DNA from: Takakia lepidozioides
Lineage: Eukaryota; Plantae; Bryophyta
Direction of reading: 5' to 3'
Length of the DNA stretch: 64,000 nucleotides
Assembly: GCA_030704615.1 (NCBI GenBank)
Contig: CM060733.1
Coordinates: forward strand, 50,716,001 to 50,780,000
In this document: positions 39,301-51,667 of the stretch, piece by piece
How positions within the stretch are numbered: position 1 is the first letter of the stretch
Layout of the letters: each line of letters begins with the position of its first letter
Position numbers and translations under genes: made by a program
Notes under the pieces: generated by a model
Told to the model about the DNA's origin: nothing
The model's input: the letters and a program-made list of their open reading frames with translations, nothing else
Database searches by the model: none

Positions 39301-41489
39301 GCTGTCCTCTGCACTGCAGGTCATCATATATGGCTTGCTACCATCATCACTACGTCTCCTAGACTGTCGGCAGGCGCCTGGGTGCCCTTTTCTACTCTAA
39401 TTCAAATGCTTGACGCGTAGTACTCCCAAGCAAGTGTAATTAACGACATGGGTGCCTGACCAGAATAAAGTGGCCTAATACACCATCTAAGTGCATCTGC
39501 TCATGATCCAACGAGATACCTTCAGCTACGTCTTCTCGTGACCTTATTAGGCTAGGCGGCAAAATTACGTTCTCAAAAGTGACGTTGACGCTATCTATCT
39601 CTGTGGTCATCTGATGAGGCTACTATTGTTAGACAATGTACATGCAGAACTAAAATGCAGTCAAGACAGTGGATCCTCATAGCCAGCTGCTCATAGGTAT
39701 ATGCAGTCGGTTTCTGCATAAGTATATGCAAAACGAGATCTGAAACAAGCATTTGTTCACAACACAAATGCTCCTGTCAGGATGCAGTAGCTTATATCAT
39801 CCAGTAACACGTTAGCCGGACCCATGCCTGGCATGCATGGAGGAGAAACCCGCCAGCGTGAACATGAATCGCACTGATTCGGTAAAGGCCCGAGAAACCT
39901 AATCAAAACTATACACGCGGCGGCGACATTGACAATCTGAACTGGTACTGGAAAGGACTTCCCTTGGAAGCTTACGAAGTTTTGGGAACACGCGGACCGA
40001 CTGCTCGTTATATGTATGAGCTACATTTACATTTTGGTTCTTAGGAAAACATATAGCTAGCTACAGGTTCCAGTTAGACCGTTTAGCATCCTTGTGCTGA
40101 AGTATTAAAAAAGTTATACCGCGGGACTGATCTGTTTCAAGTGTCGTAAGAAACGTTTGTGATTACTAACCGACTGCCAAGAGCTGCATGAAGGTTGACG
40201 ATGAGCTGTTCTTCATTGTCAGTGAAACGCCCATGCTTGAGGTCAGGGCGCAAGTAGTTGGTCCACCGCAGCCTACAACTCTTGCCACATCTCTGCAAGC
40301 CTGTGCACAACCCGAGCCGCTCCCAACGTTCAATATTAGGCAGCCGAGCTTATCAAAGGGTATCTAAGTCGTCCAAGGTTCAACATTTGACTAGACTTAT
40401 CAGATGCGAGTAGCGTTCCCTCAACTCAAAAACTGTACGTATGTTAATTGGGCAGTCTGAGAAGATGAATTGCACTTCCCATCTGAATCAAACATTCTTA
40501 CCGAGTCGAATAGTAAAGTAGCTGCAATGTACATGTGGCTTATCTGGCCAGAACCCCAGGCAGAATTAACCTGCTAGCTAACCTCCGGTGTCTGTTGACA
40601 TGGATACCAATGCTGATGTTTATGTGCACTCTCGCCATTTAAATTGCAAATGTCTAATAGAACTGCCCGGACAATTCTGGCAGCCTACACTTTACTATCA
40701 TGTACCCTTGACATGCTTTGCACTCTCAGAACTGCGTTAAGCTTCACATGAACATTATATTTAATATCTATAGAAATGTCAAAGCCCCTCAAACGAACTC
40801 TGACCAAAACATTTTTCGAGTCCAGTGTGGTACAACATGCAGGAGTTCCATGACATCGCTAGACCTTTGAATGTTGGCACATAATGTAGCAATACGGGAG
40901 CAAAATAATCCAGCATATCACCAAGGCCCGGACCAAAATAATCAGTGCTAACAGTAGGCCGGCAAAGCGCAGTTGCCGCGATCCCAAGCGGTGGTCAGAC
41001 TTTTGAGAACACGGCATGAAGATTGGCAAGGTATGTGGAGAGCACGGATCTCCACAGAGCCAAACTATACATGTTTTCCACATGAGGAAGAGAATGAGGT
41101 CCACTACACTGTTCCTCTCTGCCGTGGACACTAGATCATCCCCTGGAGACTGTCCACCTAAATGGCATCCACAGCGTAGTAGCTTATAGATTCCACTCCA
41201 AGGGGAGCTGCAGCTTGGAGCTGAGTCGGACACAGAAAAATAAGCTTCAGCTACATTTCATGAATCCGTGTCCAGAGCCTTGACGACCATCAGATACAGT
41301 GCGTCAGAGACTTCATCCAGAGCAAAGAGCATTGGGATACATGTTAAGGGCCATACCAGCTTTTTTGGGCAAGGTTCTCCAACTTCCAGTCCCATGCTGT
41401 GCTATACACGCCAACAGCTTCGCATCCTCCTCGGGTGTCCACGGCCCTCTTTTCACACTATCCTTTTCGCAACAAGGTGCTCTCCCCAT
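36336..41489 (-). CDS. MYB80: R2R3-MYB transcription factor, MYB80/MYB103/MS188 clade, 456 aa
   Basis: Exons 41489-41357 (133 bp, [45 protein letters not shown]), 40300-40171 (130 bp, [23 protein letters not shown]), 38122-37627, 37244-36950, 36652-36336 (1371 nt, open). Clade motif GIDPITHKP...[13 protein letters not shown]. Exons 4-5 are inferred from splice sites and phase only. Confidence 0.9.
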
Positions 41490-42637
41490 CGCAGATACAA
41501 TCTATAACCCGCCCGCTCAAACCTCCCTCTACAACCCAATGCCCCACCTCTCACCGCTTACGCATGGCTCACTCTTTTCAAGCACACACAAGCGAATTCT
41601 CACACCTCGCCTACTCAGCTACCCAAATCTCTCACTTGCTCCACCACCTCGAGAGAACCTCGAGATCACACTAGACACAGATGATTCAAGCACGCCCAAA
41701 ATAAAAAAGCAAGCTCGCTCCTCCCGCCGCCTTTCACTCCCTCTCCAAATTCCTCACTCGCCTTCACACACTCTAGTGATCTGTGCAGTGCCGGGAAAGA
41801 GATGGATGCGGCGGAGCTGCGGGGCCGGGCCACGCAAAGCGCGGGGACCAAGCCCCTCCCCCCCCAACGTACCGCGCTCTGCGAGCACGCACCGCACGTG
41901 GCGCCCGATGCCCGTCCCTCATGTCTTCTGCGCCCGCCTCTTGCGTGCCCCCCGCCCCTCGTGGTCCCCCCCGGGCCCCCGTCCGCCGGGCGCCCGTCCC
42001 GACCGACGGGCCGTCGGCCAGGCTGGGCGCCCGCCCAGCGGGCCCCGTTCCCGCGCCTTTGTAACCACTTTTCGTGTTTAAGCCGCCACAAATTGAATCG
42101 TTACTATTATTATTATTATTATTATTATCCGCTGGCCGCCGCTTGTTCTCAACCCCCTCCAATCTCGCGTCCGAGATTTGAACCCGCCACCACCCAGGCG
42201 GCACCGCCCCCTTTCAAATGATCCCCCCCAATAAATAAATAAAGACAAACCGACCTGAATGCTGAATACATTGAAAAAATGGGAAGAATGATAAAAGGTT
42301 CTACAATTTATAAATGTATTGAATTAGTAAATTGGACGGGTCTGGGGTTCAACCCCAAGTTGTGGTTTGTCAACCTTTTGGTCTGGGTGATGCTCATATG
42401 AAAGGGGGTTATTCTAAGCTGTTCCCAGCCTGTTTCCTTTTTCAAGAATATATATACATATATATATATATATATATGCACACAAATTCAGCTTATATAT
42501 TGCTGGAAAGTGTTGTCTCAAATTCACTAGGCACAAACCAATTCTAATTTTAATAATTAAAAAAATATGTTATGATAAATTGGGGCAGCGTTTGAGAGGA
42601 AATTTGAGGACGACGAGATTAGGGTTGAGCATGGTTT

Positions 42638-43738
42638 CTATGATCTTCTCGGTTGGACGAGCTTTCCATGCATTCCTGTTTGCGAATGCATGCAGGTGTT
42701 GGGATGTGCGTTGAACAAGAACTTGTAAAGCTCTGCATATAAAGTCCTCTTCTCAGCGTTTTGTCCCATGACCAATTGGGCAAATGCAAACTTGTTGTGG
42801 ACGTGGGTTACCAGCTGGCTCTCTTCCTTATACGGACCTCTCCCATATTGTGTAAGCGAGATGGCATCCGGAGACAATTCAACCTCGTCTATGATTCTGT
42901 CGTCTTCGAGTATTGCTTCTGCAAACTTGTTCCACGTGATGCCCTTTGAAAAGAATTTGGGAGCGATATTGTGTGCTTCTTGCATAAACTTCCACAAATC
43001 GCCGTCCAAATGTGGGTGCAACCCCAGTCGTATTGTGGAATCATGTTGTTGTACGCGCATTTTTAAGGCCCTCTGGTACTGATCATATATTTTGGAGCCC
43101 ACCAACTTCTTTGAGATCCGCTCCCGAGCTTGATCATGGAATTGGCGCAAATAGATTTTTCGCATGGGTGATAACAATATCCTCTCTTGTTCAACTTGAC
43201 GTGTCTCCAGTGAGGTGATTCGCTTCACATGTCTGTCCAGTTTGTTGTCGATCATCCTCACTCTTTCAACAAGCTCTTCGAGATTGAATTTTGTATCCTG
43301 AGTTCTTTCTCTCTCTCGCTCGTACTTTATCGCAAGGTCTTCTATCCTTTCCTCGAGACTTGTAGGGATTTGCAATTCTTTCTCATTTTTCAATGAATTT
43401 TTGTGACTCAAATCATCATCAATTTGTAAGAAATTGCCTCCTTTAGCCTCCAAGAGTTTGATGCGCTTAGCCTCTTCCATACATTGAACACACCGGTGAA
43501 GCAACTTAACTTGGACGGGATTCTCACTGCGGCTAATGTAATTCACAAACAAACAATCTGCCTGTGCTTTGGCTTGATCATCAAACACAGCGTGATCTTG
43601 AGCAATAAGGTCCAGAAATATGGTGTTTCCTGCTGATTGCCCTTCCATTATGCCTTCAACCAAGTATAATCAAAGATAAGTCTTGATGCACTCTGCCAAG
43701 TCTCTAATGTTTGGCACCTCTATAACATTGGCCTTCAT
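42638..43738 (-). CDS. Intronless orphan ORF (coiled coil plus helical C-terminal domain); one in-frame TGA at codon 23, 336 aa from the ATG at 43648
   Basis: Longest uninterrupted ORF in the window (341 codons). The upstream ORF 43670-43894 is in the same frame: ATG at 43738 gives MKANVIEVPNIRDLAECIKTYL*LYLVEGIMEGQ. Heptad-like segment LEERIEDL...LEELVERVRMIDNKLDRHVKRITSLE. Function unknown. Confidence 0.6.
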
Positions 43739-43900
43739 GACAACGAGGAACAAGGAGTGCTTGTAATATGTTTGTGAGAGATTTGAGATTCGAGAAGATA
43801 CAAGGTGGACAACACGAACAAGGAGAGATAGCACTCGGTGATTTGAAGTGGTACAAGAGCTCTCATAATGCACTGTAATATAAGCCAAATTCACCCAATT

Positions 43901-44160
43901 GTTTTTTTTTTTTTTTTTTTTTTTTTTGAGGAAAGGGGAGGAACTTGGAAGCCCTTTAGATTATTGAGGGGAAAAAAAATACCCAATTTAATTTGAAGGT
44001 AATACAAGCAAATCAGACTGGATTTGTATTAGTTCATTTCCTTGTCCTTGGCATAGGGAACAGACTAACATGAAAAGCCCAACCTCAGAAGAAAATTATT
44101 GGTTGCTTAGAGTGCATGGTGAGATTTGAACTCCAGACCGAAGCACACTGCTAGACTTGT
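43901..44160 (-). mobile_element. Short polyA-tailed retroposon remnant
   Basis: Minus strand: degenerate B-box (GAGTTCAAATC, ~44122-44132), tail TTTTCCCCTCAATAATCTAAAGGGC like the LINE tails at 11285 and 27950, then a long A tract. Confidence 0.55.
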
Positions 44161-47100
44161 CTTAATCTTTATTATCATTATTATTATTTTGTTTTTTAGT
44201 TGTTGTCTTTAAATGCGATTCCAGGCACATGATGCAATCATGGGATATTTGCAAGGACCCTGGATGCCAAGGGACGATCTAGACGCATCCAAGGGCAGAA
44301 AGGGCGCCACGCAGAGGGCGCGGGCTACGGTGGCCGCAGCGCAGTACCGCGCGGACGCCGCGGCGGCGACGCGGCAAAACATGACGCCTGCCGCCCACGG
44401 ACTCCGCCCTGCCCCGCACGGCCCGTGCGTCAGCGCGGGCGTCAGAGCACGGCCGTGCTCTCTGCCCGCTTTGATGCGCTTCCGTGCGTCCCTTGCCGCC
44501 TGCTTTTGATCATTCCCTGCCTAAGCACAGACTCTGATCTCTCGCATGCGATTGTTAGCAACGCAGGCCCGAACTCTCTGAGCTTCGAATGCGTTGAAAA
44601 GTTGATGATGGCCCCAGTTGTGTGTACATGTGCAGGGTGATTGTACCCTTTGCTGTGTGTGAGGGTTGCAATGAGTTGGGCTTAGGTGAAAGCTTCCATT
44701 CCTTTTCGTGTTGATGGATACCTGTTTGTACAGTTTGTCAGGGGTGGTACAATAATAGTTTGGCTTGTGAGAGTTGCCTGGCCACACTTGGGAGTCCTTT
44801 GATCGATCCCATATTACTCAATTTGCAATCCTTGATCAATCCCGGCATATGATAGGATACTAGTCCATTGATGTGAACATGATTAATTGCTGTGAGGACA
44901 AGTCTAGTTGCACCGTTATTTAGTAACGCCCCATGGCGGCAGTCGAATTACATCATCGCAATATATGTGAGGAATTGAGGATTGCAAACATCGCAGCTGC
45001 AGCTAAATAGGCCGCAATAGCTGAAAACCCTACTCCCAGCCTCATCAGTTTCTCAGAGCGAGGCCCACTGTCCACACCAAGATCTTCACAGGATCTTCAC
45101 TTTAGTTTTGCGGGTCGTCGAAGAGAAAGAGGTTTCTGTGAGCTAAGCGTGAATTTGACCTGCTGGAAGAGAAGTGGACATGGTTGACCAGGGCGAGAAG
45201 GAAGCCTGCCATGGCTTGACTGGGTCGCCGTCAAGCCCAGCTACACGCAGCTCCGTACTGGTCCATGCACTCTGGCTCTCTCTTGCTGCTGGTCTACACT
45301 GTGGCGCCTTAATCACCCAACTTTGACCATCTGAAGTCAAACCCATGAGCATCTTATGAATAGATTAGAAAACTATATGAAGGAATTACTAGATAATTTA
45401 AACAGCTGGATGCATTAGTACATAGATTAGTTAATCTCTTCAAGTCATCTGGAGTCAAACCAGAGTCTCTGACACGCAACTTAGCTGCTTCACAGACGAG
45501 GGCTGCTAGAACCCACATTCGATCGGTGAGCTCAACAGGGATAACATGATCTAGAGCTCTAAGATCATTGTCGCCGTGGACAAATCCTGTGAGTCCCTAA
45601 TTTGGCGACATAACACGGGCTGCAATCTCGAACACTTCGAACGCCACCCCCACGCCACCTAGAATTGATTCAGACCAGGGTGGATCGAGCCGGGCGTATC
45701 TTCAGGTAGCCAGGAGTTCTGATTTCCCATTAGAGTACCCAACCTTTACATAGCCATTGAGAACCTTTAGCTGAAGATTGCAGAGTTCAATAACAAAGAG
45801 CTATAGTGACAAAGAGTAAGCTAATCACATTAGTTGTGGTGTAAACCGTTGGAAACTGCAGAACGTATCTGTAAGATTGAAGCCGACTGGCTTGGTGAGT
45901 GTGGGGTCACCCGTTGATTGGTAATAGACATGTCCGTCCATCTATGACGTGACATGTACGGTGTGAGTACTGTTTGGCCTCCGGGCAGCGACAGGACGGG
46001 AGCTGGCAGGCAGGGAGAGCTGGGCTCACTTAGCTATGTGGCCATATATCTGAGTGTATTGATCATGACCGTCAACATAGGGGAGGGCAATATTTCGAGA
46101 TCAGATCAGTAATGTCGGATCTGTGAAATTTCTTTTCCTCGGATCGATCTCGGATCCATATCTCACCCACCTCAAAAGTTTGCGCTGATCCAGCGCTGCC
46201 ACCAGAAAGGTCGATATGCTTTTGGACCTTGGATTCTTAATTCTAGGAGAGAGACAATCTGCTTGAGCAAATTTTGAGACCAGTTACAGTGTGATTAAAG
46301 GGCCCAACGATGGAAAAGTGGATTTCCCATAAGCTGCATGGATTTATCCATTTTCATCCTCGGCCGACAAAAAAAGATCAAACTCCATCCCTTGGAAAAA
46401 TATAGAAGCTGCAACAAGCCTATCTGTTGTCTTTCCCTGAAGATTTCTTAACACGGTAACTGCCAGATCATGTACAAAAGCAGGTTCTTCCTTTTATTCT
46501 CACCTGGGCTGCAATTTTATCAGTTGATCATCTGTTACCAGGCCTGACGCGACGAAGGCCTGATTTTTTATTTTTCAGCTGCAGAATTTAATAAGCTGCT
46601 AAGTGCTCACCTACAAATATACTCATTCTCAGGATAGTCTTCCCCTCTAGCAGGTCTAGCAGGAGACAGGAGGTATTGTATTCAGAAATGATTAACTATC
46701 GGCATCTTCCCGTCACAACAGTGGTTGTGGAGATCACTTTTGAACGAGTCTCAATCGGCGCTTGAGTGAACGTCATCCTACATAGTCCGTAAACCACGAA
46801 TCTAACGCAATTTAAGCTGTTGTGTTAGAGTGAGTGCATAGCCTGAGCTTCTATCCAGAACTTTATCAGATACTTCCACTACAAGCCAGCAAAGTATAAT
46901 CAGCTTGACGATCCATAAACCAGGATTATTGACCAGATCATTCAGGTGTGAGGTGAAGGCAGCTGCCTACAGAGTGTATCGGTGGGCCGTATAGATAGAG
47001 TGGCCTTATACAAGAGCTTGCGCTGCTTAAGGAGCTTGTTGTGTTTGTAAGTAGGCACCATTGAAGGCTCAAGATGCCCTTAGTAGATTCTCTCCGCCGC

Positions 47101-48382
47101 CCGTCTCTCTCTCTACACTCTCTCTCAATTCTGTTAGTCCTCGCCAGCTACTACAGGGACTACGCCGCCTCTCACGGCATTTTTAAACGACCCCCATGTT
47201 GGGTCCTTTCTGTACTTGTTTGCACAGTACCGTACCTCAGCTATCATGTTTTGCTCGTCCGTTCTAGAATATGACTCACTCATAGAATCGAAATGAGCTG
47301 TAAGCAGGCCAAATCATGAATCATGGCTAAACCCGAATCACTCATGTGTGCTCATCTGAACACTGTCACCGAAATTTGCACCCAGAATGAATCCGTGCAG
47401 AATACTGTCCAGAGCTTTAATGAATTCGCAACTGTGTGTAGAACTGTTACATACTACTGGCCGGTAATGTGCTTTGCGAAATGATTGATGATGCAATTCA
47501 AATTTCAGGAGGACTACTCGAAACTATCCTGGCGCCGCTTGAAGGCATCCTCTGTAACTTAGAATCCTTACACTCATCTAAAGAGGACTACTCGAAGCTC
47601 TATTCCTTAGACCGCAGCTGTCTTCCGGCCTTGGGTGTTACTAGTAGTACTGTCCAGGATTGCATATTATGGAGCTACTTTGTGGAGCAGATTGCGCCAT
47701 TAGACCCCCAAATGGTGCGAGAAGAAGTGGGGAACAAGCAAGGCTTTTCGTCCACAGCCTTGTAACATACTTCGTCACTATCATCACGGTTCACCTCTGC
47801 TACACGAAAGCTCAGTGTGCCCCGTTCCTCTTCTGTCCTGTCACTAGAAGATACTGCTCTTTCAGAAAAACGCTACCGTTTCTCTGAACCTTGTGTATAC
47901 TGCTATGTTTCAATGGCGTGCACATTTTATTAGTTTCGGCATTTGAGTCAAACACACAATCTCCACTGCCGAAATTCAACTTCTTCATGACACTGGAAAA
48001 GACATCCGACTAGTGTTTGATTCAATACCCAGACAGGAGAGCTTTCAGCAAATCAGCTCTTCTCTCACCCTTGCCCACTCCTCTCCTCCGCTCCATCCTG
48101 ACTAGGGCATAAGGCCTATAGGTACAGATTCCAGCAAGCAATTGTGAAAACAACATACATATTCTAGCCTTCTAGTCCAGACCAGAAATGACCAAATGGA
48201 CTACATCGATGATCCTGTACTCCCCTCTGCATGTCCCAAAGAATCCATTGCCCAGCAATGGAGTAAATTATAATGTAGTAAAATGTGAAAAAATTGCAAA
48301 AAGTTATTTAGAGTTTCCCTATGGAAGAAAATAAATGTCCAAATTTAAAATGGGCTAGCAAAAGAGGGCAAAACCCTTTAGT

Positions 48383-51300
48383 CTACAATTGATCATGCTG
48401 TTGTTCTTCAGCAGCCTTCCTCTCGGTGGATCGTTTGATTAAAAGTGCAGCTCTCACAACATTGCCCCTTGTTAAAAGCCCAACCTACAGCCAGCACCCC
48501 CAACAAACAACCAGACGTGCACACAATTAGAGGCGTAAATGCATGTCCTCCAGACCAGTTCGTACAAGGTCTTGCCCTCATAGCAGAACAGTCACTTTCA
48601 TACTTGAGGAGTTGAGAAACTTACCAGCCTGCATGAATCATCAACAACTGGCAAGCGTCTGAACTTGCTATCTAGCAGCAACCTGGCCCATCATACCCAG
48701 CAAAGCCAATCCTCAGTTTTGCCACCCAAACTGCTGGAATCCAAACCATACCCACTATCCAACACTTATCACATCTCAGTGTTGAAAGCAACAAGGTTTG
48801 CTCACAAAAAATGCAGGTACCAGAAGCTCGTTGAACCAGTGTGAACTAGCTTAATTTTCATTGAAACTTTCCGACTGGAGAATCAACTTCAGATTGTTTA
48901 ACATGACTATAAGTTACAAATGCTAAGTAAGGCTTATTGACCACACCCAGTGCAATTAGGGACCGTCTCCCCAATCCCACACAGATAGTACCCATAGCAA
49001 TCAATCTGGGTCTCATCCCCGACTCGTGAACCAAGGTATACCTAGCAGCATCTTCCAGGTTGGTCATCTCTCGAACCACAAGAGGAGATGGGGTCATCAC
49101 TTCTCCAACAGTTCTGCCATTTGGTTTGACCAACAACTTCTGAATCTCCTTAAAGGCCTGCATTATCAATAAGGATACAAGACTTCTTAGCTAGTAGAGA
49201 ATGCACATGCATATCACACAGGCTACTAAGCTGTACACCACAGAAGGTCCTAGCAACAACCATTCAATAATTGCAGAAATCCTTGTTACATTCTAGGTCT
49301 GAAATATGTACTGGACTTCAAAGGTGCTAAGCTGGTAAGAAATTGGTTCCAGTTCAATCAAGAAGCAAAGCTCGATTCTCCAAGAGCAACTTGTGGCTCC
49401 AGCACTTGAGCACTTACTTTCCATGTCCTCCCTGCATCTGGAAAAAGGCCAGTTTCATCTGACCTCTTGCCTGCAACACAGCAAAAAAGTGAGCAATGGG
49501 CATGCATGAGCTCCAACTAAGTTACATGTGCGTATCAGCCTCTCCCCCTCACTTCTCTTACCCATCTCCCACTTTCGCGCAATTATTGCCATAAACCTAA
49601 ACTTCATTGACAATTTTTCCTCAGTTGTAGATGACGAAGCTGTACCACCAGGCAGCATCCACCCCATTGTAATTCAGCAACGATCTAGTGAGAGAAAGGG
49701 AAAGCCCATATTCAACTCAATGTCAACAAGAAACTACAGGTCTAGCGGATACAAAAATCTGATGATGTTTTTCTTGATTTTGCTTACCTGATATTGAGTC
49801 TAGTGCCAGCAAATCATAGTCAGAGACAACTCCAACCTGTGCCAAAGAGGAGAGCCAGCACACAGATCACCCCCATGTCCAAGCACTCGATGAGATACTG
49901 CTAGGCAGTGGTTGAGTGTAATTACAACCATTGACACAAGCCAGCTACCACCGCATCAAAAGGAGAAACATGTAGAAACTTCCATCCTCTGATAGTTCCA
50001 GCATCAGCTTTACACTCCCTTCAAACTCCCTACGGTGAACTTGGTGTCCAATGCTTTAAAGACTCTAGTCCAGTTAAGTGTCAGTAAGGAAGCACCAGTT
50101 ACCACCATAACACTCTAAAGGGCCACCCTGCACTTTTCCCAAAAAGGATAAGGAAGTTTCATGGTTCAAACTACAGTCGATTCTTCCTACACACAACGGG
50201 AGACTCATTGAATGCCTGATTCCTTTCCTCTGGCTTCATCTACGATCAACACCACAACAATTTTCCTATTTACAAGCATTGCCACAGTCATTGCAACACC
50301 CAGCTAGACTACAATTGCCTTGATTACTTGAAAAACCACAAGACTGTGTGAGTACCACCCAGTCAAGCTCAAAGATTCTACAACACACCAAATCACCAGA
50401 TAAACCCTAAACTCTAGAGAGGCCTGCTTCAGCCACACATCAAGGAATTACTACTTGGGGAATAAGAAATAGACAACATACCAGCACGCCATTTTCATCC
50501 ACCACAGGCATGCCTGTAACGCGCTTGTCAACCAGGACCTCAAGAGCTGTTACACAAAGCATTCAAGCCCCAAATCAATACAGAAAGACTCAAGTCCAGC
50601 TGAATAGATATACACTCTTAGCGGAGTGATACAGTATCATCACCCCCTGACGGGAAAGGCTATGGCGGCATACCTTCATCAACAGTGGTGGTAACTGAAG
50701 CCAAAAATAGCTCCTTTGTGGGTGTCATGAAATCGCCGACAGTGAGACTGCTCTTGCTTTTGCTGCACAAAAAGGAGCAAGCGTTTGCAAAGGCTTAGAG
50801 CATGCCTATGACAATTACACTCATGCTCCTGAATGACGGCAGAAAAGACCCCAATTTCTCACTGCATGCTTCTATCTTTGTAGATCATTACAAAATACTT
50901 TCACTAAGCATGTTGGATTGGTATCACTTTTACTTCTGTTTGGCCTTCAGCACTTCTCCAAGTAACTTTGACGTGATGCCAGAGACCAGCTCACTCTGTT
51001 CTCGGCCCGAACTGAAGAATTCTAAACCTAGACAAGGTAAATGCTTGGCAACGCTGTCAAGAATTCCAACTAGAAGCTTCCTACTTTCAATCCAAAAAAG
51101 GAACCGCTCACAAGCCGTGGAAATTCGGAAAAGATCTGGGGGGAACACGTCCCGAAACGCCTACAGTGCCATTCCAAAACCCTGTCCTGCCAGAGTACTG
51201 TTGATGGACTAGGTCTGTGTTGGACGCGCTTCGGAGAGCACTGACCACATCGAATGCTCAACCCCCGCGCCAATACTCATTTACACATGAACACTATGAT

Positions 51301-51667
51301 ATGGAATGCTCCTACAGAAACGAACACTAAAACCCCAACAGCTTACCGGAAGCGAGCTTTCTGTGAGTGTACTCTGAGGCGGGGCAAACACGCTTCCCTT
51401 CGACCTCGCCTTCTCAATAGAACCCAACCTGGCAGAAACCTTTCCCGCTAATCTCCCGGGCCCTCGCTCCTCTAGTCTCCTTACGGCAGCTGATTTCTGA
51501 ACAAAGGACGGTGAGCGCACAGAAATTGAAGGACGGATCCAGTCTCTAGCCACGGCGCCAGAAAATGACGAAAAGGCTGAGCATGGAGATATCCGGCAGC
51601 AGTGTCTGGCATCACCCAGCCCCATCCCAACCCTAGCCACGTCCATAGCTGCCTGCACGCCGGCCAT
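48383..51667 (-). CDS. CBS-domain protein CBSX1/CBSX2-like, plastid-targeted; possible +1 frameshift at start of exon 2
   Basis: Exons 51667-51347 (transit-peptide-like), 50762-50674 (TVGDFMT..TTTVDE), 50546-50482 (ALEVLVDKRVTGMPVVD), 49836-49788 (VGVVSDYDLLALDSISG), 49470-49418, 49157-49042 (VMTPSPLVVREMTNLEDAAR), 48682-48625 (KFRRLPVVD), 48484-48383 (VGLLTRGNVVRAAL, TAG). Confidence 0.88.

Noticed and set aside
41299-42221. Several long overlapping ORFs (260, 143, 141, 139 aa) on both strands
   Set aside because: They arise from stop-poor GC-rich sequence and the antisense of MYB exon 1 and its 5'UTR; low-complexity Pro/Arg/Gly translations with no domain.
45143-45352. Minus-strand ORF with 'SAWTSTE...LPAG|GT' resembling MYB exon 1
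   Set aside because: Trp spacing is wrong, and a canonical 133-bp exon 1 exists at 41489-41357.
44600-48300. Possible conserved miRNA hairpins in the long intergenic region
   Set aside because: By eye I found no match to conserved land-plant miRNAs and no long clean stem; a folding scan would be needed to exclude novel ones.
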